Below, one piece after another: positions 27,101-35,743 of a stretch of 38,742 nt of DNA. How positions within the stretch are numbered: the first letter of the stretch is position 1; each line of letters begins with the position of its first letter. The stretch spans positions 1-38,742 of the forward strand of contig CAZDDY010000003.1 of assembly GCA_964504455.1 (NCBI GenBank), written 5' to 3'. The stretch is from an uncultured Candidatus Saccharibacteria bacterium (GTDB lineage: Bacteria; Patescibacteriota; Minisyncoccia; Phycocordibacterales; UBA9973). The notes below the pieces were generated by a model. The model did not search any database and was not told the DNA's origin. It saw nothing but the letters and a program-made list of their open reading frames with translations. A program made the translations under genes and the position numbers.

Positions 27101-28006
27101 ATGCAATATCAAATACTTTTGTTTTACAAATACGTAAAGATAAAAGAACCAAAAATCGAAATGGAACGCCAAAAAGCGGTGTGTGAAGCTTTGGGATTGA
27201 AAGGACGCATGATTATTGCAGAAGAGGGGATTAATGGTACTTTTGAGGGCACTTTAGAAAACACCGAGAAGTATGTTTCATGGATAAAGTCCGACAAACG
27301 ATTTAGTGACATTCATTGGAAAAAAAGTGTTGGAACTGGTGATGCGTTTCCCAAACTTTCAATAAAAGTACGCAAAGAAATTGTTTCGCTTCATTTAGAA
27401 GATAAATATGGTGAAGATATCGACCCGAAAAAATTAACTGGTATTCATTTATCTCCAGACAAACTAAGAAAATGGTATGAGACTGGTAAGGAATTTTACA
27501 TTGTGGATATGCGAAATGACTATGAACTCAATGTAGGTAAATTTGAAAATACAATATTTCCTGGCTTAAAAAATTTCAGAGATTTGAGAGACACCGTCCA
27601 CACCCTAAACCACCTAAAGGATAAACCTGTTTTGACTGTCTGTACTGGTGGTGTAAGATGCGAAAAAGCTTCAGGATTTTTAAAACGGGAAGGATTTAGG
27701 GAAGTCTATCAATTAGATGGCGGGATAGTATCATACATGGAAAAATACCCTGGTATTGATTTTAAGGGCTCTTTATATGTCTTTGATAAAAGAATTACCA
27801 TGCACTTTAATGACCCGCATACACATGAAGTAATCGGCGTATGCGAGATGTGCGGTGAAAAGTCTGAAAGATACATAAATTGCCAAAACTTAAACTGTCA
27901 TAGACATTTTATTGCTTGTGAAAAATGTGCACCGGACACTGAATCTCTTTTTTGTAATGACTCATGCAAAGAAATAAGTATAGAGGCTACCTCAACTAAA
28001 AAGTAG
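27101..28006 (+). CDS. trhO: Rhodanese-domain tRNA U34 hydroxylase TrhO (YceA/UPF0176 family)
   Basis: N-terminal ILLFYKY, the rhodanese active-site loop CTGGVRCEKAS and a C-terminal Cys cluster. Confidence 0.85.
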   Translation: MQYQILLFYKYVKIKEPKIEMERQKAVCEALGLKGRMIIAEEGINGTFEGTLENTEKYVSWIKSDKRFSDIHWKKSVGTGDAFPKLSIKVRKEIVSLHLEDKYGEDIDPKKLTGIHLSPDKLRKWYETGKEFYIVDMRNDYELNVGKFENTIFPGLKNFRDLRDTVHTLNHLKDKPVLTVCTGGVRCEKASGFLKREGFREVYQLDGGIVSYMEKYPGIDFKGSLYVFDKRITMHFNDPHTHEVIGVCEMCGEKSERYINCQNLNCHRHFIACEKCAPDTESLFCNDSCKEISIEATSTKK

Positions 28007-28007
28007 T

Positions 28008-28685
28008 ATGAAAACTGGAACACTTTTTGTAGTCGGAACGCCAATTGGCAACTTAGAAGATATTACATATAGAGCTATAAAGACTTTGGCCGAGGTTGAT
28101 TTGATTTTGTGTGAAGATACGAGAACGACACAAAAATTACTCTCTCGTTTCAATATCAAAACTAAAACAATAAGCTATAACGCGCACGCTTCATCAAAAA
28201 AACACGATGATATTGTTTCATTACTCAAAGAAGGGAAAAATATTGCCCTTGTCTCTGACGCAGGAACACCTGGAATTTCTGATCCAGGATCTCTCTTGGT
28301 TTCTAAAGTACGCGAAGAAGGGATTGATTCTATAGTTGCCGTGCCCGGCCCAACAGCCATCACTGCATTGTTCTCAATAGCAGGAATATTCGGTAATGAG
28401 TTTGCTTTTCTTGGGTTCGCACCTCATAAAAAAGGAAGGAAAACATTTTTTGAGTCGCTGCCGAAGTATTCTTTTCCTGTTATTTTTTACGAATCAAATC
28501 ATAGAATATTAAAAGCTCTAGAATCTTTAAAAGAAAATAACGTCAAAAAAGTTGTCATAGGAAGAGAACTTACAAAAATGTACGAAGAAGTACTGATTGG
28601 AACTCCAGAAGAACTCATCTTCACTCTTTCAAAGAATCCGAATAAGCAAAAAGGGGAGTTTACAGTACTTATTGATAATAAATAG
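28008..28685 (+). CDS. rsmI: 16S rRNA (cytidine1402-2'-O)-methyltransferase RsmI
   Basis: GTLFVVGTPIGNLEDITYRAIKTLAEVDLILCEDTR and SDAGTPGISDPG motifs of the tetrapyrrole-methylase-fold RsmI. Confidence 0.9.
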   Translation: MKTGTLFVVGTPIGNLEDITYRAIKTLAEVDLILCEDTRTTQKLLSRFNIKTKTISYNAHASSKKHDDIVSLLKEGKNIALVSDAGTPGISDPGSLLVSKVREEGIDSIVAVPGPTAITALFSIAGIFGNEFAFLGFAPHKKGRKTFFESLPKYSFPVIFYESNHRILKALESLKENNVKKVVIGRELTKMYEEVLIGTPEELIFTLSKNPNKQKGEFTVLIDNK

Positions 28686-28715
28686 ACTTTAACTTTTATG
28701 TTATAATCCATCCAT

Positions 28716-28931
28716 ATGTTTTATATTAGGATTTTAGCAATTTTAGGTATCATAACCCTTTTAGTAACATTTTCAGGTATCCCCGTCGCGTGGAAAGATA
28801 TCTTCCATGTAGTGGTCGGGATAGTTATCCTTGTACTTGCATGGCTTAGATATCAAGTTATGAGAGAAAGAAAAGAGGCAAAGAAAGCATCAATAACGTA
28901 CGAGGAAACGACAACTATAATAAATCAATAG
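28716..28931 (+). CDS. Small hypothetical membrane protein (71 aa)
   Basis: Two TM helices followed by a charged tail. Confidence 0.45.
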   Translation: MFYIRILAILGIITLLVTFSGIPVAWKDIFHVVVGIVILVLAWLRYQVMRERKEAKKASITYEETTTIINQ

Positions 28932-28933
28932 TA

Positions 28934-30175
28934 ATGGAAGAACATCAAGAATTAATTGCAAAAAAATACAGAAAAACGATTGCTATCACGGTAGTCGCGC
29001 TTTTGTGTTTTTTCACCGCCGGTATTTATATTGGCTACGCAAATAGACCTTGGATAGATAAAGTTACTGGCGTAAAAAATCAAGAAAATTCAAAAATACT
29101 TGGCACTGCTGATGCTGACTTTGACTCTTTCTGGAAAGTGTGGACACTTATTGATGAGAAATACCCAAGTGCAAAAGATGTAACAAGCCAGGACAGAATT
29201 TGGGGTGCAATAAAAGGACTCGTTTCGTCGCTTGAAGATCCATATAGCCAATTTTTTGATCCAGAGGAAGCACAGGAATTCGCTGAAGAAATTTCTGGAA
29301 GTTTTTCTGGTATTGGAGTTGAGATTGGCGTCAAAGACAAAATTCTTACTGTCATAAGTCCACTTAAGGACAGTCCTGGAGAAAAGGCTGGTCTAAAGCC
29401 GGGAGATAAAATATTAAAGATAGGTGATGTTGTCGCAACAGGATTAACAACTGATGAGGCAATAAAGTATATTAGAGGTCCTGAGGGTACGGCTGTCACT
29501 CTTACGATCTTGTCTGAGGGAACATCAGAACCAAAAGAAGTTGAAATCATTCGGGCAACAATACAGATACCAACCATAGACTCGCAAACAAAAAATGGTG
29601 TGTATGTTATTTCCTTGTATCAATTCAACGCAAACGCCACCACTCTAATGAGGAAAGAGTTTCAGAATTTTAAGAAAACTGGTCTTAAGAAACTTGTGCT
29701 TGATATGAGGGGTAATCCAGGCGGCTACTTAGATTCAGCGGTTGATATTACAAGTGAATTCTTGCCAGCTGGTGCAGTAATTGTAAGTGAGGATTTCGGT
29801 GGGAAACAAGACCCTGAAATTTATAGGAGTAAGGGGTCTCTCATGATTCCGAAGGATGTTTCGGTTGTTGTTTTAATTGATGGAGGTTCTGCATCAGCAT
29901 CTGAGATTCTAGCAGGTGCACTTGGAGAAAATCAGCGAGCAACAATAATTGGTACAAAAAGCTTTGGTAAAGGTTCTGTACAGGAGCTTGTTCCGGTAAC
30001 GGACGACACTGCGGTGAAAATAACAATAGCAAAGTGGCTCACGCCAAATGGAAACTCTATCTCTCAGAAGGGAATCACGCCACATATTGAAGTATCACTG
30101 ACAAAAGATGATATTGAAAACAAGCGTGACCCGCAACTAGACAGAGCGATTGAATTTCTTAATACAGGAAAATAA
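28934..30175 (+). CDS. ctpA: Carboxy-terminal processing protease (S41) with a PDZ domain
   Basis: An N-terminal anchor, PDZ GIGVEIG...GEKAGLKPGDKILKI, GNPGGYL, the catalytic SASASEILAGAL and the FGKGSVQ lysine. Confidence 0.88.
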   Translation: MEEHQELIAKKYRKTIAITVVALLCFFTAGIYIGYANRPWIDKVTGVKNQENSKILGTADADFDSFWKVWTLIDEKYPSAKDVTSQDRIWGAIKGLVSSLEDPYSQFFDPEEAQEFAEEISGSFSGIGVEIGVKDKILTVISPLKDSPGEKAGLKPGDKILKIGDVVATGLTTDEAIKYIRGPEGTAVTLTILSEGTSEPKEVEIIRATIQIPTIDSQTKNGVYVISLYQFNANATTLMRKEFQNFKKTGLKKLVLDMRGNPGGYLDSAVDITSEFLPAGAVIVSEDFGGKQDPEIYRSKGSLMIPKDVSVVVLIDGGSASASEILAGALGENQRATIIGTKSFGKGSVQELVPVTDDTAVKITIAKWLTPNGNSISQKGITPHIEVSLTKDDIENKRDPQLDRAIEFLNTGK

Positions 30176-30628
30176 ATGAAAGTACTACTTTTAAAACACG
30201 TAAAAGGAATTGGCCAACAGGGTGAGGTCAAGGAAGTCAAAGAAGGCTATGCTATGAATTTTCTCATTCCTCAAAAGCTTGCCGAACCTGCAACAACAAA
30301 TACTGTTAAGCAGTTAGAACTTTTAAAGAAAAACAAAGAGGTCCGATCCGAAATACACAAGGATTTGCTTTTAAAAGAGCTAGAACCTCTAGCTGATAAG
30401 GAGATAGAAATATATAAAAAAGTTAACTCACAAGGATCGCTATTTGGCGGCGTTACAATACAAGAAGTAAGAGACTCTATTGTAAGCCAACATAAAATTC
30501 ATGTACCGGAACACTTAATCCAACTACAAGAAGACATAAAACATACGGGGATATATGAAATCTTCATAGGTGACAAGAAAAAACTAGGCAAGGTTTTTCT
30601 TGTTCACTTGAAAGTTTTGGGTCAATAA
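30176..30628 (+). CDS. rplI: 50S ribosomal protein L9
   Basis: MKVLLLKHVKGIGQQGEVKEVKEGYAMNFLIPQKLA is a canonical L9 N-terminus. Confidence 0.9.
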   Translation: MKVLLLKHVKGIGQQGEVKEVKEGYAMNFLIPQKLAEPATTNTVKQLELLKKNKEVRSEIHKDLLLKELEPLADKEIEIYKKVNSQGSLFGGVTIQEVRDSIVSQHKIHVPEHLIQLQEDIKHTGIYEIFIGDKKKLGKVFLVHLKVLGQ

Positions 30629-30641
30629 AATACAAAAAAAC

Positions 30642-32321
30642 ATGGAAGATAAAATCTGCCAAAACTGCCAAACAAAATTTAACGTAAGCACAACTGACAT
30701 AGACTTTTACCAAAAAATTGACGTACCAACACCAAAACTTTGCCCGACTTGTAGAGTAAAAAGAAGACTTTCTTTCAGAAATGAAAGAACTCTGTATAAA
30801 CGAACTTGTGATTTGTGTAAAAAAGATGGAGTTTCTATATATCCTGCAAATACTCTTTTCCCGGTATTTTGCCACCACTGTTGGTGGAGTGATAAATGGG
30901 ATCCACAAGCGTATGCTCTCGACTTAGATCTTGGGAGACCATTTTTACAGCAATTTGAAGAACTAAAGAATAAAGTACCTAGGATAGCACTTTTGGTTAT
31001 AGATAGCGTTCAATCTGATTACACAAACAATGCTGGAGAAAATAAAAATTGTTATTTAGTATTTGCAGCTGAAAAGAATGAAGACTGTGCATATTCACGA
31101 TTACTCATGAATAGTAAATTCGTGCTTGATGCGTGTTCAGTATATGAATCAGAGTTATCTTATGAACTGACAGATTGTCGAAAATGCTACAAATGCATGT
31201 TTTCAGAACAATGTCAGGAATGTAGTGATGTATATTTTTCTTTCGACATGAGAAATTGTCAAAACTCAATTTTCTGTACTCATGGCAGAAATGTCAGTTA
31301 TCGGATATACAACAAGCCTGTCAGTAAGGAAGAATTTGAGAAGAAAAAAAATGAAATATTTTCTTCATATGAAAATCTTGAGAAAGCAAAAGAGGAATAT
31401 AAAAAACTGAGAGAAAATACCTTCGTACAATTTGCGATACAGACCAAATGTCAAAATGCTACAGGAGATTACATGTACAACTGTTTTGACGGAATAAGAC
31501 TTTTTGATGTTCGAAATGCAAAAGATTCAGCGTATATGGCTGATGCTGAAGATCCAATTGATTGCCAAGACTGTAATAATATTTATTTTAAACCCGAAAG
31601 ATGTTACCAAATAATGGGATCACTTCAAACAAATAACTCAAGAGTCGGCGTCTACATCATGTTTTGCAATAATGTCGATTACTCAGATAGTCTATACCAT
31701 TGCAGTGACTGTTTTGGGTGTGTTGGTTTGAACAAGAAAAATTATTGTATCCTCAATAAACAATATACGAAAGAAGAATATTTTCAATTACGCGAAAAAA
31801 TAATTTCTCAACTCAAATCAGAAGAAATTTACGGAGAATTTTTCCCTCCAAATCTTTCTCCGTTTGGATACAACGAAACACTCACACAAGAGTACTACCC
31901 ACTTAAAAAAGAAGAGGCTATCAACACGGGTTTTCGTTGGCAAGAAGAGACTACTGGCACCTACGGAAAAGAAACAATCACATCGCGGGACATACCTCAA
32001 TCAATCAAGGAAGTAACTGACGCTATCACCACAGAGAGTCTTGCATGTGTTGATTGTGGGAAGAACTACCGTATCACACACATGGAACTTGAATTTTATA
32101 GAAGAATGAACATACCTCTTCCGAGAAGAGATTTTGAGTGTCGTCACAAACTTCGTATGGCAAAACGTACACCAAGAGAACTTTGGACAAGAACCTGCAT
32201 GTGTACTCATGAAAATCATGGACATAATGCCGAGTGCATTAATTCTTTTGATACAGCATACGCCCCAGAAAGAGTAGAGCAAATATACTGCGAGGATTGT
32301 TACCAGAAAGAAGTAATATAA
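30642..32321 (+). CDS. Cys-rich zinc-ribbon-capped repeat protein, paralog 1 (559 aa), function unknown
   Basis: Uninterrupted ORF 13 nt after rplI, with 36 Cys by hand count. N-terminal CQNC..x..DFYQKIDVPTPKLCPTCRVKRRLSFRNERTLYKRTCDLCKK...FCHHCWWSDKWD. C-terminal CVDC..LEFYRRMNIPLPRR...RTCMC..HGH..YCEDCYQKEVI. Confidence 0.85.
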   Translation: MEDKICQNCQTKFNVSTTDIDFYQKIDVPTPKLCPTCRVKRRLSFRNERTLYKRTCDLCKKDGVSIYPANTLFPVFCHHCWWSDKWDPQAYALDLDLGRPFLQQFEELKNKVPRIALLVIDSVQSDYTNNAGENKNCYLVFAAEKNEDCAYSRLLMNSKFVLDACSVYESELSYELTDCRKCYKCMFSEQCQECSDVYFSFDMRNCQNSIFCTHGRNVSYRIYNKPVSKEEFEKKKNEIFSSYENLEKAKEEYKKLRENTFVQFAIQTKCQNATGDYMYNCFDGIRLFDVRNAKDSAYMADAEDPIDCQDCNNIYFKPERCYQIMGSLQTNNSRVGVYIMFCNNVDYSDSLYHCSDCFGCVGLNKKNYCILNKQYTKEEYFQLREKIISQLKSEEIYGEFFPPNLSPFGYNETLTQEYYPLKKEEAINTGFRWQEETTGTYGKETITSRDIPQSIKEVTDAITTESLACVDCGKNYRITHMELEFYRRMNIPLPRRDFECRHKLRMAKRTPRELWTRTCMCTHENHGHNAECINSFDTAYAPERVEQIYCEDCYQKEVI

Positions 32322-34028
32322 ATGGAAACCAAAACCTGCCAAAACTGCAAAAGCGAATTTATCATTGATCAAGATGATTTTGACTTCTATGCAAAAATCA
32401 ATGTTCCACCTCCAACATTTTGTCCGGAATGTAGAGCTATCAGAAGATTAACATTTAGAAATGAAAGGGTGTGGTACAGAAGAAATTGTGATGCAACAGG
32501 TAAACAAATACTTTCAATGTTTTCTCCTGATACACCATATACTGTGTATGAGGAAAAATATTGGAAAAGTGATGCATGGGATCCTATGGATTATGGTAAG
32601 GATTATATAGAATCTGAAACCTTTTTTGATCAGTTAGATAATTTATTTAAAAAAGTACCTCATCCTAACCTAATTCAAAAAAACAACGTAAACTGTGAAT
32701 ACTCAAACTATACACTCAATGGTAAGAACTGTTACTACTGTGCAAGTTTTGATGAAGTAGAGGATAGTGCATATTGCTTCACGAACAATACAAGAATTAA
32801 AAATTGCCTTGATTTGCATGTTACAGCTGAATCAGAATATTGTTATGAACTTATTGACTCAAAAAAATGTAGTCGAGTTTGCTTTGCGCAAAACTGTGAG
32901 TCATGTGTAAATTCAATTTTTCTATATGATTGTCGAAATTGTACAGACTGTTTTGGATGTATTGGGTTGCGAAATAAACAATATTATATTTTTAATGAAC
33001 AATATGACAAGGAAACATACAAGGAAAAAATAAAAGAACTGTGGGACGGTGGTTATACAAAACTGAAAGAATCTTTAAAAAAGTTTAATGAGTTAAAAAT
33101 TAAAGTTCCTCATAAATTTGCAAACATAGTTAATTCTTACAATGTAAGCGGAGATAATATAGCAAATGCTCGAAACTGTCACTTTTGCTACATAGCAAAA
33201 GAAAATATTGAAAATTGTAAGTACTGTTTTCGTGTATGGGAAAATACTAAAGATGGCTGGGATGCTTACTGTGCGTGGAAAGGATCAGAACTTTTTTATG
33301 AGGCACATAGTATAATTGGTCAAAGAATATTTTTTTCACTTTATGTTTGGGGAGGTCATGATGTTGAATACTCATACAATTGTTTTGACTGCAACAACAT
33401 ATTTGGTTGCGTCGGATTGAGAAATAAATCTTATTGTATTTTAAATAAGCAATACTCAAAAGAAGAATATTTAAAGCTGATTGAAAGAATTAAAGAAAAT
33501 ATGCGTATGGCAAAAGAGTACGGTGAATTTCTTCCATCAAGTGTGTCACCATTTGCATATAATGAAACTATTGCTCAAGACTACTTTCCACTATCAAAAA
33601 AAGAAATTATTGAAAAAGGATATAGATTTAAAGAAGCAGAAAAGAAAAATTATGCTATAAGCATGAACAGCAACAGTATTCCTGAAAATATCTCAACTAT
33701 TAACGAATCGATAGTAAATGAAGTACTGGCGTGTGAGCACAATGGAACATGCTCTGAACTTTGTGCTACTGCATTTAAAATTACAAAAGAAGAATTACAG
33801 TTTTATAGAAATTTAAATTTACCTTTGCCTAGACTTTGTCCAAGTTGTCGTCATTTTAGAAGAGTTAATTTAAAGAATCCTATGAAACTTTGGACAAGAA
33901 CATGCATGTGCCAGAATGGTAATCATGGACACGAAAGAACATGCCCTCAAAAATTTGAAACACCGTATGCTCCAGAAAGAAAGGAACTAATTTATTGTGA
34001 AAAATGTTACCAACAAGAGATACTCTAA
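32322..34028 (+). CDS. Cys-rich zinc-ribbon-capped repeat protein, paralog 2 (568 aa), function unknown
   Basis: The ATG abuts the paralog 1 stop (TAAATG). 38 Cys by hand count. It carries two copies of the CxxCxDCFGCxGLRNKxYxIxNxQYxKExY cap (nt 32931-33020 and 33381-33470). Confidence 0.85.
   Translation: METKTCQNCKSEFIIDQDDFDFYAKINVPPPTFCPECRAIRRLTFRNERVWYRRNCDATGKQILSMFSPDTPYTVYEEKYWKSDAWDPMDYGKDYIESETFFDQLDNLFKKVPHPNLIQKNNVNCEYSNYTLNGKNCYYCASFDEVEDSAYCFTNNTRIKNCLDLHVTAESEYCYELIDSKKCSRVCFAQNCESCVNSIFLYDCRNCTDCFGCIGLRNKQYYIFNEQYDKETYKEKIKELWDGGYTKLKESLKKFNELKIKVPHKFANIVNSYNVSGDNIANARNCHFCYIAKENIENCKYCFRVWENTKDGWDAYCAWKGSELFYEAHSIIGQRIFFSLYVWGGHDVEYSYNCFDCNNIFGCVGLRNKSYCILNKQYSKEEYLKLIERIKENMRMAKEYGEFLPSSVSPFAYNETIAQDYFPLSKKEIIEKGYRFKEAEKKNYAISMNSNSIPENISTINESIVNEVLACEHNGTCSELCATAFKITKEELQFYRNLNLPLPRLCPSCRHFRRVNLKNPMKLWTRTCMCQNGNHGHERTCPQKFETPYAPERKELIYCEKCYQQEIL
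32334..32435 (+). repeat. 102-nt near-identical tract, copy 1 (5' end of paralog 2)
   Basis: Identical to 34041-34142 except for 2 positions (agc/ggc and atc/gtc). Confidence 0.9.
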
Positions 34029-35741
34029 ATGAATATTAATACCTGCCAAAACTGCAAAGGCGAATTTGTCATTGATCAAGATGATTTTGACTTCTATGCA
34101 AAAATCAATGTTCCACCTCCAACATTTTGTCCGGAATGTAGAATGAAGCGTAGAATGAATTGGCGTAATGTTAGATCACTCTATAAACGAACTTGTGGCT
34201 TGTGTCAAAAGAACTTAATAAGCATGTATCCAGACGACGGAGCGCCAGTCTATTGTATTGAGTGTTGGAACAGTGATAAGTGGAATCGTTATGAGCATAA
34301 AATGCAATATGATTTTTCGGAAAATTTTTTTACACAACTCAATAAATTATTTAAAAAAAATCCACGACCATATAAGTACGCTTTTGGGAATTTAATCAAC
34401 TCCGAGTATGCAAACTATATAAAAGACAACAAAAACGTTTATTTATCATACTCAATTGTTGTTGGTGAAGATATTTTGTATTCAGAAAGTCTTGATAAAT
34501 CCAAAAATAGTATTGATTGTTACGCTGCTGAAAGCATTGATGGATGTTCTTATAATGTAGATTGTGAAGGCAATTACAATACACATTATGCTGTTAAATC
34601 AGAAAAGTGTATCGACTCTTACTTTATATATGACTGCGTTAATTGTAAAAATTGCTGTCTGAGTTCAAATTTAAGAAATCAATCTTATGTATTTAAAAAT
34701 CAAAAACTAGAAAAAGAAGAGTACGAAAAAGCTGTTTTAGAATTAAAACTTGAGACGTATTCAGGTTTTGAAAATACGAAAAAAATATTCGATAGCATGC
34801 TTGTTACTGACACCATACATAAGTACGCATATGTCTACTCTGTGGAAAATGCAACGGGAGATTACATACACAATGTAAAAAATGGAAAATATATTTTTAA
34901 TGCTACTGAATCTGAAAATGTCGCATATAGCATGAGAATATTGCAAAATGTCAAAGATTCTTATGATCTTCAGGGTGTAGGAGCCAATGTTGAGCTTGTC
35001 TATGATTCTGTAGCAGCAACACAAGACACATATAAGGATTTTTTCTGTTATATAACTATACAAGGTAGTCGTGAATGTGAATATTCAATACATTTGAGAA
35101 ATTGTGCAAATTGCTTTGGTTGTGTGGGTCTAGTAAATGCCCAATATTGTATTTTAAACATGCAATATACAGAAGAAGATTATTTTGTACTTGTAGAAAA
35201 AATTAAAAAGCACATGAATGAAACTCCTTATGTCGACAAGAAGGGAAGGGTATACAGATATGGCGAATTTTTTCCTTATGAAATGTCACCGTTTGGATAT
35301 AATGAAACAAATGCTTTCGATTTTTTCCCGATAACAGAAGAAGAGGCGCTAGAAAAAGGATATAATTGGACAAAGAAAGACAAGAGAGAGTATGAGGTCA
35401 CAATTGATTCAACCAATTTACCTGAAAGTATACACGATGTTAAAGAAGAGATAGTAAAAGAAATAATAAGTTGCCCTAGTGGTGGTGATCAAAGATACCA
35501 ATGCACAAGCGCATACCAAATAAGACCAGAAGAACTTGCATTTTATAGATCAAAAAAACTTCCACTTCCTAGAAGCTGTCCAAATTGTAGACATTACAAA
35601 AGATTAAAATACAGGAATCAGCCACGATTGTACAAAAGAGAGTGTAGTAATAGGTGTGGAAAAATATTTGAAACAACATACACCCCTGATCGTCCTGAAA
35701 AAGTATATTGTGAGGATTGTTATCAGAAAGAAGTATTGTAA
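34029..35741 (+). CDS. Cys-rich zinc-ribbon-capped repeat protein, paralog 3 (570 aa), function unknown
   Basis: The ATG abuts the paralog 2 stop (TAAATG). 30 Cys by hand count. Same terminal modules (CQNC...FCPECRMKRRMNWRN...CGLC...YCIECW and ...LPLPRSCPNCRHYKRLKYRN...YCEDCYQKEVL). Confidence 0.85.
   Translation: MNINTCQNCKGEFVIDQDDFDFYAKINVPPPTFCPECRMKRRMNWRNVRSLYKRTCGLCQKNLISMYPDDGAPVYCIECWNSDKWNRYEHKMQYDFSENFFTQLNKLFKKNPRPYKYAFGNLINSEYANYIKDNKNVYLSYSIVVGEDILYSESLDKSKNSIDCYAAESIDGCSYNVDCEGNYNTHYAVKSEKCIDSYFIYDCVNCKNCCLSSNLRNQSYVFKNQKLEKEEYEKAVLELKLETYSGFENTKKIFDSMLVTDTIHKYAYVYSVENATGDYIHNVKNGKYIFNATESENVAYSMRILQNVKDSYDLQGVGANVELVYDSVAATQDTYKDFFCYITIQGSRECEYSIHLRNCANCFGCVGLVNAQYCILNMQYTEEDYFVLVEKIKKHMNETPYVDKKGRVYRYGEFFPYEMSPFGYNETNAFDFFPITEEEALEKGYNWTKKDKREYEVTIDSTNLPESIHDVKEEIVKEIISCPSGGDQRYQCTSAYQIRPEELAFYRSKKLPLPRSCPNCRHYKRLKYRNQPRLYKRECSNRCGKIFETTYTPDRPEKVYCEDCYQKEVL
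34041..34142 (+). repeat. 102-nt near-identical tract, copy 2 (5' end of paralog 3)
   Basis: See copy 1. The flanking coding sequence diverges sharply immediately after ...gtccggaatgtaga. Confidence 0.9.
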
Positions 35742-35743
35742 TT

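Noticed and set aside
35717-35743. Upstream start of paralog 4 that overlaps the end of paralog 3
   Set aside because: The ATG at 35744 lies 2 nt after the paralog 3 stop and matches the abutting-junction pattern of the rest of the array. The extra 9 residues have no counterpart in the family.
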